NCBI GenBank assembly: GCA_035699605.1 | Contig: DASSPN010000102.1 | Coordinates: 314 to 64,313, forward strand | DNA length: 64,000 bases | From: Nocardioidaceae bacterium | GTDB lineage: Bacteria > Actinomycetota > Actinomycetes > Propionibacteriales > Nocardioidaceae | Reading direction: 5' to 3' | In this document: piece by piece, positions 27,277 to 39,722 of the stretch | Layout: each line of letters starts with the position of its first letter | Position numbering within the stretch: the stretch's first letter is position 1 | Notes under the pieces: model-generated | Told to the model about the DNA's origin: nothing | The model's input: the letters and a program-made list of their open reading frames with translations, nothing else | Database searches by the model: none | Position numbers and translations under genes: made by a program

Positions 27277-28080
27277 TCAGATCTGGTGTGCGCCGCGGCG
27301 ACCGCCGAACGCGAGAACAGCGGCTGCGCCGAGAAGCAGCATGCCCAACGCGAGGCCGGCGAGGCGGAGCGGACCGCCCGAGGCGCCGCCGATGACACCG
27401 GCCTGACCGGCGTCGACCGCGGTCGGGAGGGTGGTCTCCTCGTCGAGGACCGTGGTGCCGTCGGTCGGGCTCTCGGTCTCGCTCGGAAGCACCGTCACGG
27501 ACTCGGTCGGGGTCTCGACCGGGGTCTCGGTCTCGGTCGGCGACACCGTGACGGTCTCGGTCGGCGTCTCGGTGAGCGTCGGCGTCTCGGTGATCGTCTC
27601 GGTCGGCGTCTCGGTGACCGTCGGCGTCTCGGTGATCGTCTCGGTCGGCGTCTCCGTGACCGTCGGCGTCTCCGTGATCGTCTCCGTGGGCGTCTCGGTC
27701 ACGACCGGCACGTAGGACACCGCGTAGTGGCTGACCGCCTTGCCACCCGGGTAGCCGAAGGTGAGCTCGGCGACCGGCGGGTCGACGTCGATGTAGACGG
27801 GGCCGTCCCCGCTGTTCGCGCTGCCGGCCTTGACGCAGTAGCCATCGATGAGGAAGCCCTCGGGAGCCTCCACGGTGACCGTCTCCGGGTCACCCGTGGT
27901 GTTGATCTTGCCGGAGTCGAGCTCGGAGCAGACCTGGTCGTCCGCAGTGTCGGCGCCAGCTGCGCCGGCCGAGCCGGCGACGAGAGTAGTCGCGGTGAGC
28001 ACGACTCCCGCGACGGCGAGGGCGGCAGCGCCGAGTCCGCGGACCGGGTCAAGACGGTGAGCAGGCTTGTAGGTGCGCAC
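27277..28080 (-). CDS. Cell-surface protein with a TETPTE tandem repeat linker and a C-terminal sorting-signal-like anchor
   Basis: The GTG 28080 start gives signal peptide ...LGAAALAVAGVVLTATTLVAGSAGAAGA. It continues with a globular domain and a (TETPTETITETPTV)n linker. The C-terminus is LPTAVDAGQAG + hydrophobic helix + RRGAHQI. Confidence 0.7.
   Translation of the reverse strand: MRTYKPAHRLDPVRGLGAAALAVAGVVLTATTLVAGSAGAAGADTADDQVCSELDSGKINTTGDPETVTVEAPEGFLIDGYCVKAGSANSGDGPVYIDVDPPVAELTFGYPGGKAVSHYAVSYVPVVTETPTETITETPTVTETPTETITETPTVTETPTETITETPTLTETPTETVTVSPTETETPVETPTESVTVLPSETESPTDGTTVLDEETTLPTAVDAGQAGVIGGASGGPLRLAGLALGMLLLGAAAVLAFGGRRGAHQI
27577..27702 (-). repeat. 42-bp tandem repeat, 3 near-identical copies with degenerate copies extending to about 27500
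   Basis: Units at 27577-27618, 27619-27660 and 27661-27702 (cgtcggcgtctcggtgatcgtctcggtcggcgtctcggtgac). In-frame coding repeat. Confidence 0.9.
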
Positions 28081-28289
28081 GTGTGATTCCCCTCTTCCCC
28101 CGAAGAAAGTCCCCCCGCCACGCACCCCGCGTGGACGGAAGTGATCGGGGTGAGCGCCCGAGCACTGTGGCTGACCCTACAGAGGACCTGCGAGTGCCGA
28201 AAACTCGACCGGCGTGTCGTCGTGGACCAGTGGTCGTGATGCGCGTCACGCCTTGCTGGGCAAACAGGACAAAGTCGAACAGGTCCCCG

Positions 28290-29552
28290 TCAGCGCACCG
28301 TGGCCTTGCGGATCGCAGACGTGCCGGCGAGGTTTCCGCTCGACGCCGGTACCGTCACGAACACCTTCCACACACCCTTCGCCTTCACCCGCTTCGCGAG
28401 CCGGAAGGTCCCGTCCGCCTTGATCGTGGTGGTGGTGAGCTTCGTGCGGCCCGTGACCGTCTTGCGCCACAGGGTCGCCGCGAGCCCCGGCTTCTTGGGC
28501 GTGGTCTTCCCCGTCACGACGAGCGCCTGCCCGGGTTTGAGCGTCCGGTCCGCGACGACCCCCGTGACCGCGGTACGCACCTGGACCGTGGTCACAGGCG
28601 ACAGGCTGGGCTCGATGGAGAGGGCGCCGTCGAAGCGCCATCGGTACTGGGTCGTCACGGTGGGCTTCACGACGACGGATGCAGGAGCCCCGCCCACGGA
28701 GGTGGATGCCTGCGCGATCTCGGTGAAGTCGGACTCTCCGGCGCCCTTGGCCTCGAGACGGAGTGAAGCCTGGCCATAGTTGGTCTGGCTGTGCTCGGGA
28801 TGGGCACCGCCGGTGATGGTGACACCGTTTCCGGCGGTGATCGTCGCAGCAGAGCGAGCGATCGACGTCACCGACGCCTCACGGTCGAGGTCGTACGTCG
28901 TGATGTTGCCCGCGCTTCCCACGCGGAGGCCGTCGTACCACGTCTTGGCGCCGTTGCAGCCGTAGCCGATGATGATGTTCGCGAAGCCGTCGGGACCGTT
29001 GCTCGCCAAGAAGGTGGCGATCGTGGCCGAGCCACCGTCCGGGACGACATAGGTCTGCGTGCCGGGGTCCCACTTCTTCCAGGCATAGGTCAGACCGATG
29101 ACCTCGACGTCCTGCCAGCCCGTGTCGGTCGCGCCCAGTGCTGCCCGGCCCACCCAGTAGGTCCCGTCCGTGGTCCCGTTCGGCTGGTAGGTGATGTAGG
29201 CGACGCCCGACGCGTCCCCCTCGTCGCTGTCGAACTCGAGGCCCGCCACGGTCGTCGCGGCGAGGCTGTCGACGGAGAAGTAGAAACCGTGCGACTCGTT
29301 CCCGCCATGAGGGACGAACCCCCAGTAGATGTGGCCATAGGGAACGGGGTCGGTGTTGCCGATGTAGAGGAGGGAGCCCTGCTGCCCGTGGGTGAACAAG
29401 TCGTCGCATCCGACCAGGGCCTCGCCGACCGAGTCGTCCTCGGGGAAGTCCAAGCGTCCGTTCACCACCACCGTGCTGTCGGCGGATGCCACCGGCAGCG
29501 GGACGAGCGAGGTGGCGAGGAGAGCAAGGACGGAGAGGGCGACTCGGCGCAT
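28290..29552 (-). CDS. Secreted protein of unknown function
   Basis: ATG 29552 gives MRRVALSVLALLATSLVPLPVASA. The C-terminal half looks like tandem Ig-like beta domains. No family recognised. Confidence 0.65.
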   Translation of the reverse strand: MRRVALSVLALLATSLVPLPVASADSTVVVNGRLDFPEDDSVGEALVGCDDLFTHGQQGSLLYIGNTDPVPYGHIYWGFVPHGGNESHGFYFSVDSLAATTVAGLEFDSDEGDASGVAYITYQPNGTTDGTYWVGRAALGATDTGWQDVEVIGLTYAWKKWDPGTQTYVVPDGGSATIATFLASNGPDGFANIIIGYGCNGAKTWYDGLRVGSAGNITTYDLDREASVTSIARSAATITAGNGVTITGGAHPEHSQTNYGQASLRLEAKGAGESDFTEIAQASTSVGGAPASVVVKPTVTTQYRWRFDGALSIEPSLSPVTTVQVRTAVTGVVADRTLKPGQALVVTGKTTPKKPGLAATLWRKTVTGRTKLTTTTIKADGTFRLAKRVKAKGVWKVFVTVPASSGNLAGTSAIRKATVR

Positions 29553-29577
29553 GATCGAAGTAGAGCAATCAACACAG

Positions 29578-29618
29578 GGAAACGCCACCCTCACGACCGT
29601 GTCGCGGGGTGGCGTTCC
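29578..29618 (-). terminator. Candidate ilvBNC operon terminator
   Basis: Minus strand reads GGAACGCCACCC-n16-GGGTGGCGTTTCC followed by CTGTGTTGATTG. It begins 13 nt after the ilvC stop. Confidence 0.5.
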
Positions 29619-29630
29619 GAGGTGCTGGGA

Positions 29631-33000
<3,370 letters not shown>

Positions 33001-33038
33001 CTCTCTCTTCCTGTCAGGTGAGGTGCTTCGTAGCCAAC

Positions 33039-33073
33039 AAAAAACCCCCCGGCCCGTTGGGGCAAGCGAGGGG
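33039..33073 (-). terminator. ilvB attenuator terminator hairpin + U6
   Basis: Minus strand reads CCCCTCG-ctt-GCCC-caac-GGGC-CGGGGGG followed by TTTTTT. It ends 38 nt upstream of the ilvB ATG. Confidence 0.65.
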
Positions 33074-33097
33074 TGACGCGTGCTGACTGTTGTCTGG

Positions 33098-33142
33098 TCA
33101 GCGGACGCGCCGCGTCGGTACTACGAGAATCTCCAAACGCAT
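33098..33142 (-). CDS. Candidate ilvBNC leader peptide [14 protein letters not shown]
   Basis: atg cgt ttg gag att ctc gta gta ccg acg cgg cgc gtc cgc tga on the minus strand. The ILVV run uses codons that are rare here (ATT, GTA GTA). The stop lies 24 nt before the terminator stem. Confidence 0.6.
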   Translation of the reverse strand: MRLEILVVPTRRVR

Positions 33143-33258
33143 GGGCCAACGGTCCCTTTTGGTCTGATCCCTCGTCAAGCGAGTCTAGTGGCCGTCCCAG
33201 AATCTGGGACATCGGTCCCACCATGTGTCTGGCTCAGCTCCGAGGGGCTTGACGTAAA

Positions 33259-33276
33259 AGAGACCGATCGGTTTCT
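33259..33276. promoter_or_regulatory. 18-bp near-perfect palindrome (candidate TetR operator)
   Basis: AGAGACCGA|TCGGTTTCT, with 8 of 9 symmetric pairs. It ends 9 nt upstream of the amidohydrolase ATG, and that operon ends with a TetR gene. Confidence 0.35.
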
Positions 33277-33284
33277 ATCTTCCC

Positions 33285-35045
33285 ATGTACGACGTGATCG
33301 TGAAGTCAGGCCGCTGGTTCGACGGCACCGGCGGACCGTCGCAGCTGCGCCACCTCGGCATCAGCGACGGAGTCGTCCGGACGGTCTCGGCCCACCCGCT
33401 CGACGAGACCGGGTGCCCGCGGGTCATCGACGCCCGCGGCGCCTGGGTGATCCCCGGCATGGTCGACATCCACACGCACTACGACGTGGAGGTGCTCGAC
33501 GGGCCGGCGCTGAGCGAGTCCGTCCGCCACGGCGTCACCACGGTGCTGCTCGGCTCCTGCTCGCTCTCGACCGTGCACGTCGGCCCGACCGACGCAGGGG
33601 ACCTCTTCGGCCGGGTGGAGGCGATCCCGCGCGCCCACGTGATCGACGCCGTCGGCCGGCACCGGACCTGGACCACGGCCCACGAGTACGTCGCAGCGCT
33701 CGAGTCGCTCCCCCTCGGCCCGAACCTGGCCGCCTTCCTGGGGCACTCCGACCTTCGCGCGGCAGGCATGGGCCTGGACCGCGCGACCCGCAAGGGCGTC
33801 CGGCCGACACATGCGGAGCTGGCCACCATGCGCGCCCGGCTCAACGAGGCGCTCGACGCCGGGTTCGTCGGGATGTCCGCCCAGCAGCTGATGTTCGACA
33901 AGCTCGACGGCGAGGTGTGCCGCTCGCGGACGCTGCCCTCGACGTACGCCCGTGCCCGCGAGCGCCGTTCCCTCAACGCGATCCTGCGCGAGCGCGACCG
34001 GGTACTGCAGGCCGGTCCGGACATCACCTCGCCGAAGAGCATCGTCGCGATGGTGCTGTCGACGCTGGGCCTGTGGCGACGTCCCCTGCGCACGAGCCTG
34101 CTGTCCGCCGCCGACATCAAGGCCAACCCCCTCCTGGTGTGGATCATGGGACCCATCGCGCGGCTCATGAACCGCCTCGGCGGCAACTTCCGCTGGCAGC
34201 ACCTGCCCGTCCCCTTCGAGGTGTACGCCGACGGCATCGACCTCGTCATCTTCGAGGAGCTCGGATCCGGCGCCGCCGCCCTGCACCTCGCCGACGCTGT
34301 GGAGCGCAACGCACTACTCCAGGACGAGGAGTACCGCCGGTGGTTCCGGAAGGACTACGACGCGCGGTTCGGGATGCGCGTGTGGCACCGGGACTTCTTC
34401 GACGCCGAGATCGTCGAGTGCCCTGACGACTCGGTCATCGGCAAGACGTTCGGTCAGGTCGGCCTCGACCGTGGCGGGCTGCACCCCGTGGACGCGTTCC
34501 TCGACCTCGTGGTCGAGCACGGCACGAAGCTGCGCTGGCGCACCACCATCTCCAACCACCGGCCGCGCTTCCTCGACAAGCTCGGCCGCGACCCCGGCGT
34601 CCAGCTCGGGTTCTCCGACGCGGGCGCCCATCTGCGGAACATGGCCTTCTACAACTTCGGCCTGCGGTTCCTCCGCCGGGTGCACGACGCCGAGCGCTCG
34701 GGCAGGCCCTTCCTCAGCCTCGAGCAGGCGGTCCACCGGCTCACCGGCGAGCTGGCCGACTGGTACCAGATCGACGCGGGACACCTGCGCGTCGGCGACC
34801 GCGCCGACCTGGTCGTCATCGACCCTGCCGGCCTCGACGACTCCCTCGACGCGTACGCCGAGAGCCCCGTCCCGGCCTTCGACAACCTGCCCCGCATGGT
34901 CAACAGGAACGACGCCGCCGTGCGCGCCGTGCTCGTCGGGGGACGTTACGTCTTCGGGAACGGCGAGCCGGCGCCGGTTCTCGGTACCGAGCGGACGGGC
35001 CGGTTCCTGAGGGCCGGCCAGGTCACGCCGGCCGGCCAGCGGTGA
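33285..35045 (+). CDS. Amidohydrolase family protein (N-acyl-D-amino-acid deacylase-like)
   Basis: YDVIVKSGRWFDGTG...IDARGAWVIPGMVDIHTHYD metal-binding signature. 586 aa. Confidence 0.8.
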   Translation: MYDVIVKSGRWFDGTGGPSQLRHLGISDGVVRTVSAHPLDETGCPRVIDARGAWVIPGMVDIHTHYDVEVLDGPALSESVRHGVTTVLLGSCSLSTVHVGPTDAGDLFGRVEAIPRAHVIDAVGRHRTWTTAHEYVAALESLPLGPNLAAFLGHSDLRAAGMGLDRATRKGVRPTHAELATMRARLNEALDAGFVGMSAQQLMFDKLDGEVCRSRTLPSTYARARERRSLNAILRERDRVLQAGPDITSPKSIVAMVLSTLGLWRRPLRTSLLSAADIKANPLLVWIMGPIARLMNRLGGNFRWQHLPVPFEVYADGIDLVIFEELGSGAAALHLADAVERNALLQDEEYRRWFRKDYDARFGMRVWHRDFFDAEIVECPDDSVIGKTFGQVGLDRGGLHPVDAFLDLVVEHGTKLRWRTTISNHRPRFLDKLGRDPGVQLGFSDAGAHLRNMAFYNFGLRFLRRVHDAERSGRPFLSLEQAVHRLTGELADWYQIDAGHLRVGDRADLVVIDPAGLDDSLDAYAESPVPAFDNLPRMVNRNDAAVRAVLVGGRYVFGNGEPAPVLGTERTGRFLRAGQVTPAGQR

Positions 35046-35653
35046 CCGCCGCCCGCCGTACCCAGCAGGAACGACGCGAGAGCACGATCGCCCTGCTCGT
35101 CGACGCCACCATCGAGACGATCGCCGAGGTCGGCTACCACCGCGCCTCCCTCGGTGCTGTCCTCGCGCGTGCGGGAGTCTCCAAGGGCGGACTCTTCCGC
35201 CACTTCGAGAGCCGGCTCGACCTCGTCGTTGCGGCCGCCGCCGAGGTCAGCGCACGGCACCTCGCGGCGTTCGACGCTCTCGAGGAGGAGCAGGAGGAGC
35301 TGACCGTCGAGGAGCTGCTGCGCTTCTCCCGCGCCGAGGCCCGCGCCCCGATCAACACGGTGTGGTTCGAGCTCCTCGTGGCCGCACGCACGGACGGCGA
35401 CCTGCGGGCCCGGCTGGCACCAGTCGCAGCCCAGCTGTACGCGGACATCGAGGAGCGAGCGCTCCGGGTGCTGCCCCGCCGCTCACTCGACGACGACGGC
35501 GTTCGGCTGCTGACCACCTCGCTGCTGCACATGTTCGACGGCGAGGCGATCATCCGGCACACGCTCCCCCGGCCCGAGCTGGAGGAGGCGAGGCTGTCCG
35601 CAGCCGCGGCCATGGTCGAGTGGCTGCGGGAGGGCCGCCCTGCTGGTGGCTGA
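35042..35653 (+). CDS. TetR family transcriptional regulator
   Basis: GTGA overlap with the amidohydrolase gene. N-terminal HTH TIAEVGYHRASLGAVLARAGVSKGGLFRHF. Confidence 0.85.
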   Translation: MTAARRTQQERRESTIALLVDATIETIAEVGYHRASLGAVLARAGVSKGGLFRHFESRLDLVVAAAAEVSARHLAAFDALEEEQEELTVEELLRFSRAEARAPINTVWFELLVAARTDGDLRARLAPVAAQLYADIEERALRVLPRRSLDDDGVRLLTTSLLHMFDGEAIIRHTLPRPELEEARLSAAAAMVEWLREGRPAGG

Positions 35654-35654
35654 C

Positions 35655-35697
35655 GAGCTGGACCGAGCCCGACCTGAGGGACGCGCTCGGTCAGCTC
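35655..35697. terminator. Strong hairpin between convergent genes
   Basis: GAGCT-G-GACCGAGC ... GCTCGGTC-AGCTC, 13 bp with one bulge and a 16-nt loop. No U-tract. Confidence 0.4.
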
Positions 35698-35712
35698 ATC
35701 GCCATGCGGGGG

Positions 35713-36444
35713 TCAGTACCTGGCCTGACCTGCGATGCCCAGCAGCGCCGTGGCGCAGTTGTCGAACGCGTCGCCGGAGTCGCGGGTCACCTGGACTGCC
35801 AGGTACATCCCCGGCTTCGCTCCGGTGCCGGTGATGGTGAGGGTCGTCTGCTTCGACGTCAGGGCTCCTGCTGCCGCTGGGAAGCTGACGACGTTCTCGT
35901 CCGTCACGCCGTCCACCTTCGTGGGCAGGCTCACCTGGTCGCCGGCCACCGGGCCCGCGGCGGCCAGTCCCTGAACTGCCACGCTGCAGCCGACTCCGGC
36001 CGCCTTGCCCAGGTAGAGGTCGACGGCGATCGGCGAGCCCGCCTTGTAGTCCGGCGGAAGGATGAAGACCCACGTGGCGTTCGACGTGGTGTCGTCGCTC
36101 GGGAACTGCAGTGCTCCGCCGCCGCTCAGGGTCGTACCGTTCGCCATGTCGGCTGCGCCCGGCATCAGCTGGATGTACCTCAGCTGGGCAGGAGTGAAGC
36201 CACCGAGCCTGGCAGCGTTCGGCGCCATCGCGATGATGTTGTTCGGAAGTCGGCCGGTCTTCGCGCTCGTCGCGACGAGCTTGCCCTTGCGGGCCTTGAC
36301 GGTGGCCGTCGACTTCACGGCGTCGAGGCCGTCCACCTTGTCGGCGTTCGGGACTATCGCGCGTGCGATCGCGGGACCGCCCGCCGCAGCGGCCAGCAGG
36401 AGCGCAGCTGTGGACAGGGCGAGCGAGACATTGCCTTTGTTCAT
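35713..36444 (-). CDS. Secreted protein of unknown function
   Basis: MNKGNVSLALSTAALLLAAAAGGPAIARA signal peptide, followed by a NADKVDGLDA motif. Confidence 0.65.
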   Translation of the reverse strand: MNKGNVSLALSTAALLLAAAAGGPAIARAIVPNADKVDGLDAVKSTATVKARKGKLVATSAKTGRLPNNIIAMAPNAARLGGFTPAQLRYIQLMPGAADMANGTTLSGGGALQFPSDDTTSNATWVFILPPDYKAGSPIAVDLYLGKAAGVGCSVAVQGLAAAGPVAGDQVSLPTKVDGVTDENVVSFPAAAGALTSKQTTLTITGTGAKPGMYLAVQVTRDSGDAFDNCATALLGIAGQARY

Positions 36445-36572
36445 GCTCGAACCATGACGCCGTGCACGGCGTCCGGCGGGCTGCCACGCCGAAAGGACCG
36501 GTCTGGACGTGACCCGTCGGTGCGGGCTCGCCGTCACCCGTTCGGGTCTGGCGCTCGCCTGCTCCGGAGTCG

Positions 36573-37949
36573 TTGACTGCCGGGGTGGACGAACGCGAAC
36601 GCGCGCTGGAGCGGGCACACGCACACGCCAGGTCGTGGCTGAAGAGCCTCCAGGACCGCCCTGTCACTCCGCAGGCGACCGTCGAGGAGATCACCGAGCG
36701 GCTCGGTCGAGCGCTGCCGGCCCCACCCATGCCGGCCGACGCGGTCGTGGACCTGCTGGCCGACGCGTGCGAGCCGGGGCTCACCGCGATGCCCGCCGGC
36801 CGCTTCTTCGGCTTCGTGATCGGTGGGGGCCACCCCGCTGCTCTCGCGGCGGACTGGCTCACCTCGGCCTGGGACCAGAACTCGATGCTGCGGCAGGTGA
36901 CCCCGGCGCACACGGCCGTCGAGGACGTCACGCGAGCGTGGCTGCTCGACCTGCTGGGCCTCCCTGCCGATGCCGGGGTCGGGTTCGTGACCGGCGCGAC
37001 GATGTCGAACTTCACGTGTCTCGCGGCCGCCCGCGAAGCGGTCTTGCGGCGGGTCGGCTGGGACACCGCGCGGGACGGGCTCAACGGCGCGCCGCGGATC
37101 CGCGTGCTCGTCGGGCAGGAGCGGCACGACACCGTCGACCTGGCTCTCCGGTACCTCGGGCTGGGGGCTCCCGAGCCGGTAGCGGCGGACGACCAAGGAC
37201 GCATCGATGTCGAGCGCCTCGAGACCGCTCTCGCCGCGGACGACGGCGGCCCGGTGATCGTCGTCCTGCAGGCGGGCAACGTGCACTCCGGCGCCTTCGA
37301 CCCCTTCGGTCCAGCGATCGAGGTGGCGCACCGCCACGGGGCCTGGGTGCACATCGACGGTGCCTTCGGCCTCTTCGCCGCGGCCTCCCCCGGCAAGCGG
37401 CACCTGATGGCAGGGGCGGACGGCGCCGACTCGTGGACAACGGACGCGCACAAGACCCTCAACGTCCCTTACGACTGCGGCATCGCGGTCGTCCGCGACC
37501 GCGACGACGTGCGACGCGCCATGAGCATGAGCGGCGACTACCTGATCACGGACGCGGCGGGTGACCCGTTCGAGACCGTCCCGGAGTCGTCACGACGCGG
37601 GCGCGCCTTCCCGGTGTGGGCGGTTCTCCGTGCGCTCGGGCGGCTCGGCGTGGCAGACCTCGTGGACGGGTTCTGCCGGCACGCCACCGCACTGGCGGAG
37701 GGCATCGCCACGATCGAGGGCGCAGAGATCCTCAACCAGGTCGACTTCACGCAGGTCTGCGTGTCGTTCGGCAGCGACGAGCGCACCCAGGAGGTGCTGC
37801 GCAGGGTGATGGCTGACGGCACCACCTGGATGAGCGGGTCCCGCTGGCACGACCGGGCCGTCATGAGGATCTCGGTCAGCAACTGGTGCACCACCGACGA
37901 CGACGTGCAGCGGAGCCTTTCCGCCGTACGTCGAGCCGCGGAGTCGTAG
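36573..37949 (+). CDS. PLP-dependent decarboxylase (group II, aspartate aminotransferase fold)
   Basis: GFVTGATMSNFTCLAAAR and HKTLNVPYDCG (PLP-binding Lys). The start may be GTG 36585. Confidence 0.8.
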   Translation: MTAGVDERERALERAHAHARSWLKSLQDRPVTPQATVEEITERLGRALPAPPMPADAVVDLLADACEPGLTAMPAGRFFGFVIGGGHPAALAADWLTSAWDQNSMLRQVTPAHTAVEDVTRAWLLDLLGLPADAGVGFVTGATMSNFTCLAAAREAVLRRVGWDTARDGLNGAPRIRVLVGQERHDTVDLALRYLGLGAPEPVAADDQGRIDVERLETALAADDGGPVIVVLQAGNVHSGAFDPFGPAIEVAHRHGAWVHIDGAFGLFAAASPGKRHLMAGADGADSWTTDAHKTLNVPYDCGIAVVRDRDDVRRAMSMSGDYLITDAAGDPFETVPESSRRGRAFPVWAVLRALGRLGVADLVDGFCRHATALAEGIATIEGAEILNQVDFTQVCVSFGSDERTQEVLRRVMADGTTWMSGSRWHDRAVMRISVSNWCTTDDDVQRSLSAVRRAAES

Positions 37950-37952
37950 CCG

Positions 37953-39635
37953 TCAGCCGCAGACCGCGCCGTGCGCCGCGGACTGGACGACCTTGGCGTA
38001 CTTGCCGAGCACGCCCTTGGTGTACTTCGGGGCGTTCGGCGTCCAGCCGTCCTTGCGCATCGCGAGCTCGACCTCGTCGATCGTCACGTCGAGCAGCCCG
38101 TTCGCCACGTCGAGACGGATCGGGTCGCCGTCGCGGACGAACGCAATGGGACCCCCGTCAACGGCCTCGGGCGCGATGTGCCCGACGCAGAGGCCCGTCG
38201 TACCACCGGAGAAGCGGCCGTCGGTCACCAGCAGGACGTCCTTGCCGAGTCCGGCACCCTTGATCGCTCCGGTGATGGCGAGCATCTCGCGCATTCCGGG
38301 ACCACCCTTGGGCCCTTCGTAACGGATGACGACGACGTCCTTCGGCTTGATGGCGCCGTCGGCAAGTGCGTCAAGCGCCGCCCGCTCGCCGTCGAAGACG
38401 CGAGCGGTGCCCTCGAAGACCTCGTCGTCGAAGCCGGCGGACTTCACCACTGCACCCTCGGGCGCAAGGGAGCCGTGCAGGATCGTGATCCCCCCGGTCT
38501 TGTGGATCGGCTTCGAGAGCTCGCGGATGATGTTGCCGTCGATGTCCGGCGGCGCGATCTCGGCGAGGTTCTCGGCCATCGTCTTGCCGGTGACCGTCAG
38601 GCAGTCGCCGTGCATGAGCCCGGCGTCGAGCAGCGCCTTCATGACCACCGGGATGCCGCCGACCTTGTCGACGTCGTTCATCACGTAGCGGCCGAACGGC
38701 TTGAGGTCACCGAGGTGCGGGACCTTCGCGCCGATGCGGGTGAAGTCGTCGAGCGTCAGGTCGACCTCGGCCTCGCGCGCCATCGCGAGCAGGTGCAGCA
38801 CGGCGTTCGTCGATCCGCCCAAGGCCATGACGACGGTGATGGCGTTCTCGAACGCCTCCTTGGTCATGATCTGGCGAGCGGTGATGCCCTTGCGCAGCAG
38901 GTTGACCACGGCCTCGCCGGACTTGTGGGCGTAGCCGTCGCGTCGACGGTCGACCGCCGGCGGGGCAGCCGAGCCCGGCAGGGACATGCCGATCGCCTCG
39001 GCGACGGAGGCCATCGTGTTGGCGGTGTACATGCCACCGCAGGCACCCTCGCCAGGGCAGATGGCGCGCTCGATCTTGTCGACCTCCTCGCGCGTGATCT
39101 TGCCCGCCAGACACGCGCCGACGGCTTCGAAGGCGTCGATGATCGTGACGTCCTTCCCGTCGACCTGGCCGGGCATGATCGAGCCGGCGTAGAGGAAGAC
39201 GCTGGCGAGGTCGAGGCGAGCGGCGGCCATCATCATGCCGGGCAGCGACTTGTCGCAGCCGGCGAGGAGCACGCAGCCGTCGAGCCGCTCGGCCATCATC
39301 ACGGTCTCGACGGAGTCGGCGATGACCTCGCGGGACACCAGCGAGAAGTGCATGCCCTCGTGGCCCATCGAGATGCCGTCGGAGACGGAGATGGTGCCGA
39401 ACTCGAGCGGGTAGCCGCCGGCCGCGTGGACGCCGTTCTTCACGGCCTTCGCCAGCCGGTCCAGGGACAGGTTGCAGGGCGTGATCTCGTTCCAGCTCGA
39501 GGCGACGCCGATCTGCGGCTTGGCGAAGTCCTCGTCACCCATGCCTACCGCCCGGAGCATGCCGCGGGCCGCGGCGCGCTCGAGACCGTCGGTGACGTCT
39601 CGTGAACGGGGCTTGATGTCGGGGGTTTCGCTCAT
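37953..39635 (-). CDS. ilvD: Dihydroxy-acid dehydratase
   Basis: [28 protein letters not shown] and [15 protein letters not shown]. Only the last 560 codons of the 900-aa ORF are coding. Confidence 0.9.
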   Translation of the reverse strand: MSETPDIKPRSRDVTDGLERAAARGMLRAVGMGDEDFAKPQIGVASSWNEITPCNLSLDRLAKAVKNGVHAAGGYPLEFGTISVSDGISMGHEGMHFSLVSREVIADSVETVMMAERLDGCVLLAGCDKSLPGMMMAAARLDLASVFLYAGSIMPGQVDGKDVTIIDAFEAVGACLAGKITREEVDKIERAICPGEGACGGMYTANTMASVAEAIGMSLPGSAAPPAVDRRRDGYAHKSGEAVVNLLRKGITARQIMTKEAFENAITVVMALGGSTNAVLHLLAMAREAEVDLTLDDFTRIGAKVPHLGDLKPFGRYVMNDVDKVGGIPVVMKALLDAGLMHGDCLTVTGKTMAENLAEIAPPDIDGNIIRELSKPIHKTGGITILHGSLAPEGAVVKSAGFDDEVFEGTARVFDGERAALDALADGAIKPKDVVVIRYEGPKGGPGMREMLAITGAIKGAGLGKDVLLVTDGRFSGGTTGLCVGHIAPEAVDGGPIAFVRDGDPIRLDVANGLLDVTIDEVELAMRKDGWTPNAPKYTKGVLGKYAKVVQSAAHGAVCG

Positions 39636-39722
39636 GGCCAAAGCGTAGACGGGCGTACGTCGGCGCGCGCCGCGCGTCTCGGAGACCGACGCCGCCGGGT
39701 CTGGGGCAGTAGCGTCATCCCG

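Noticed and set aside
27500-27702. Regularly spaced repeats as a possible CRISPR array
   Set aside because: The units are contiguous 42-bp in-frame coding repeats (TETPTE...) with no unique spacers, lie inside a well-formed ORF, and have no cas genes nearby.
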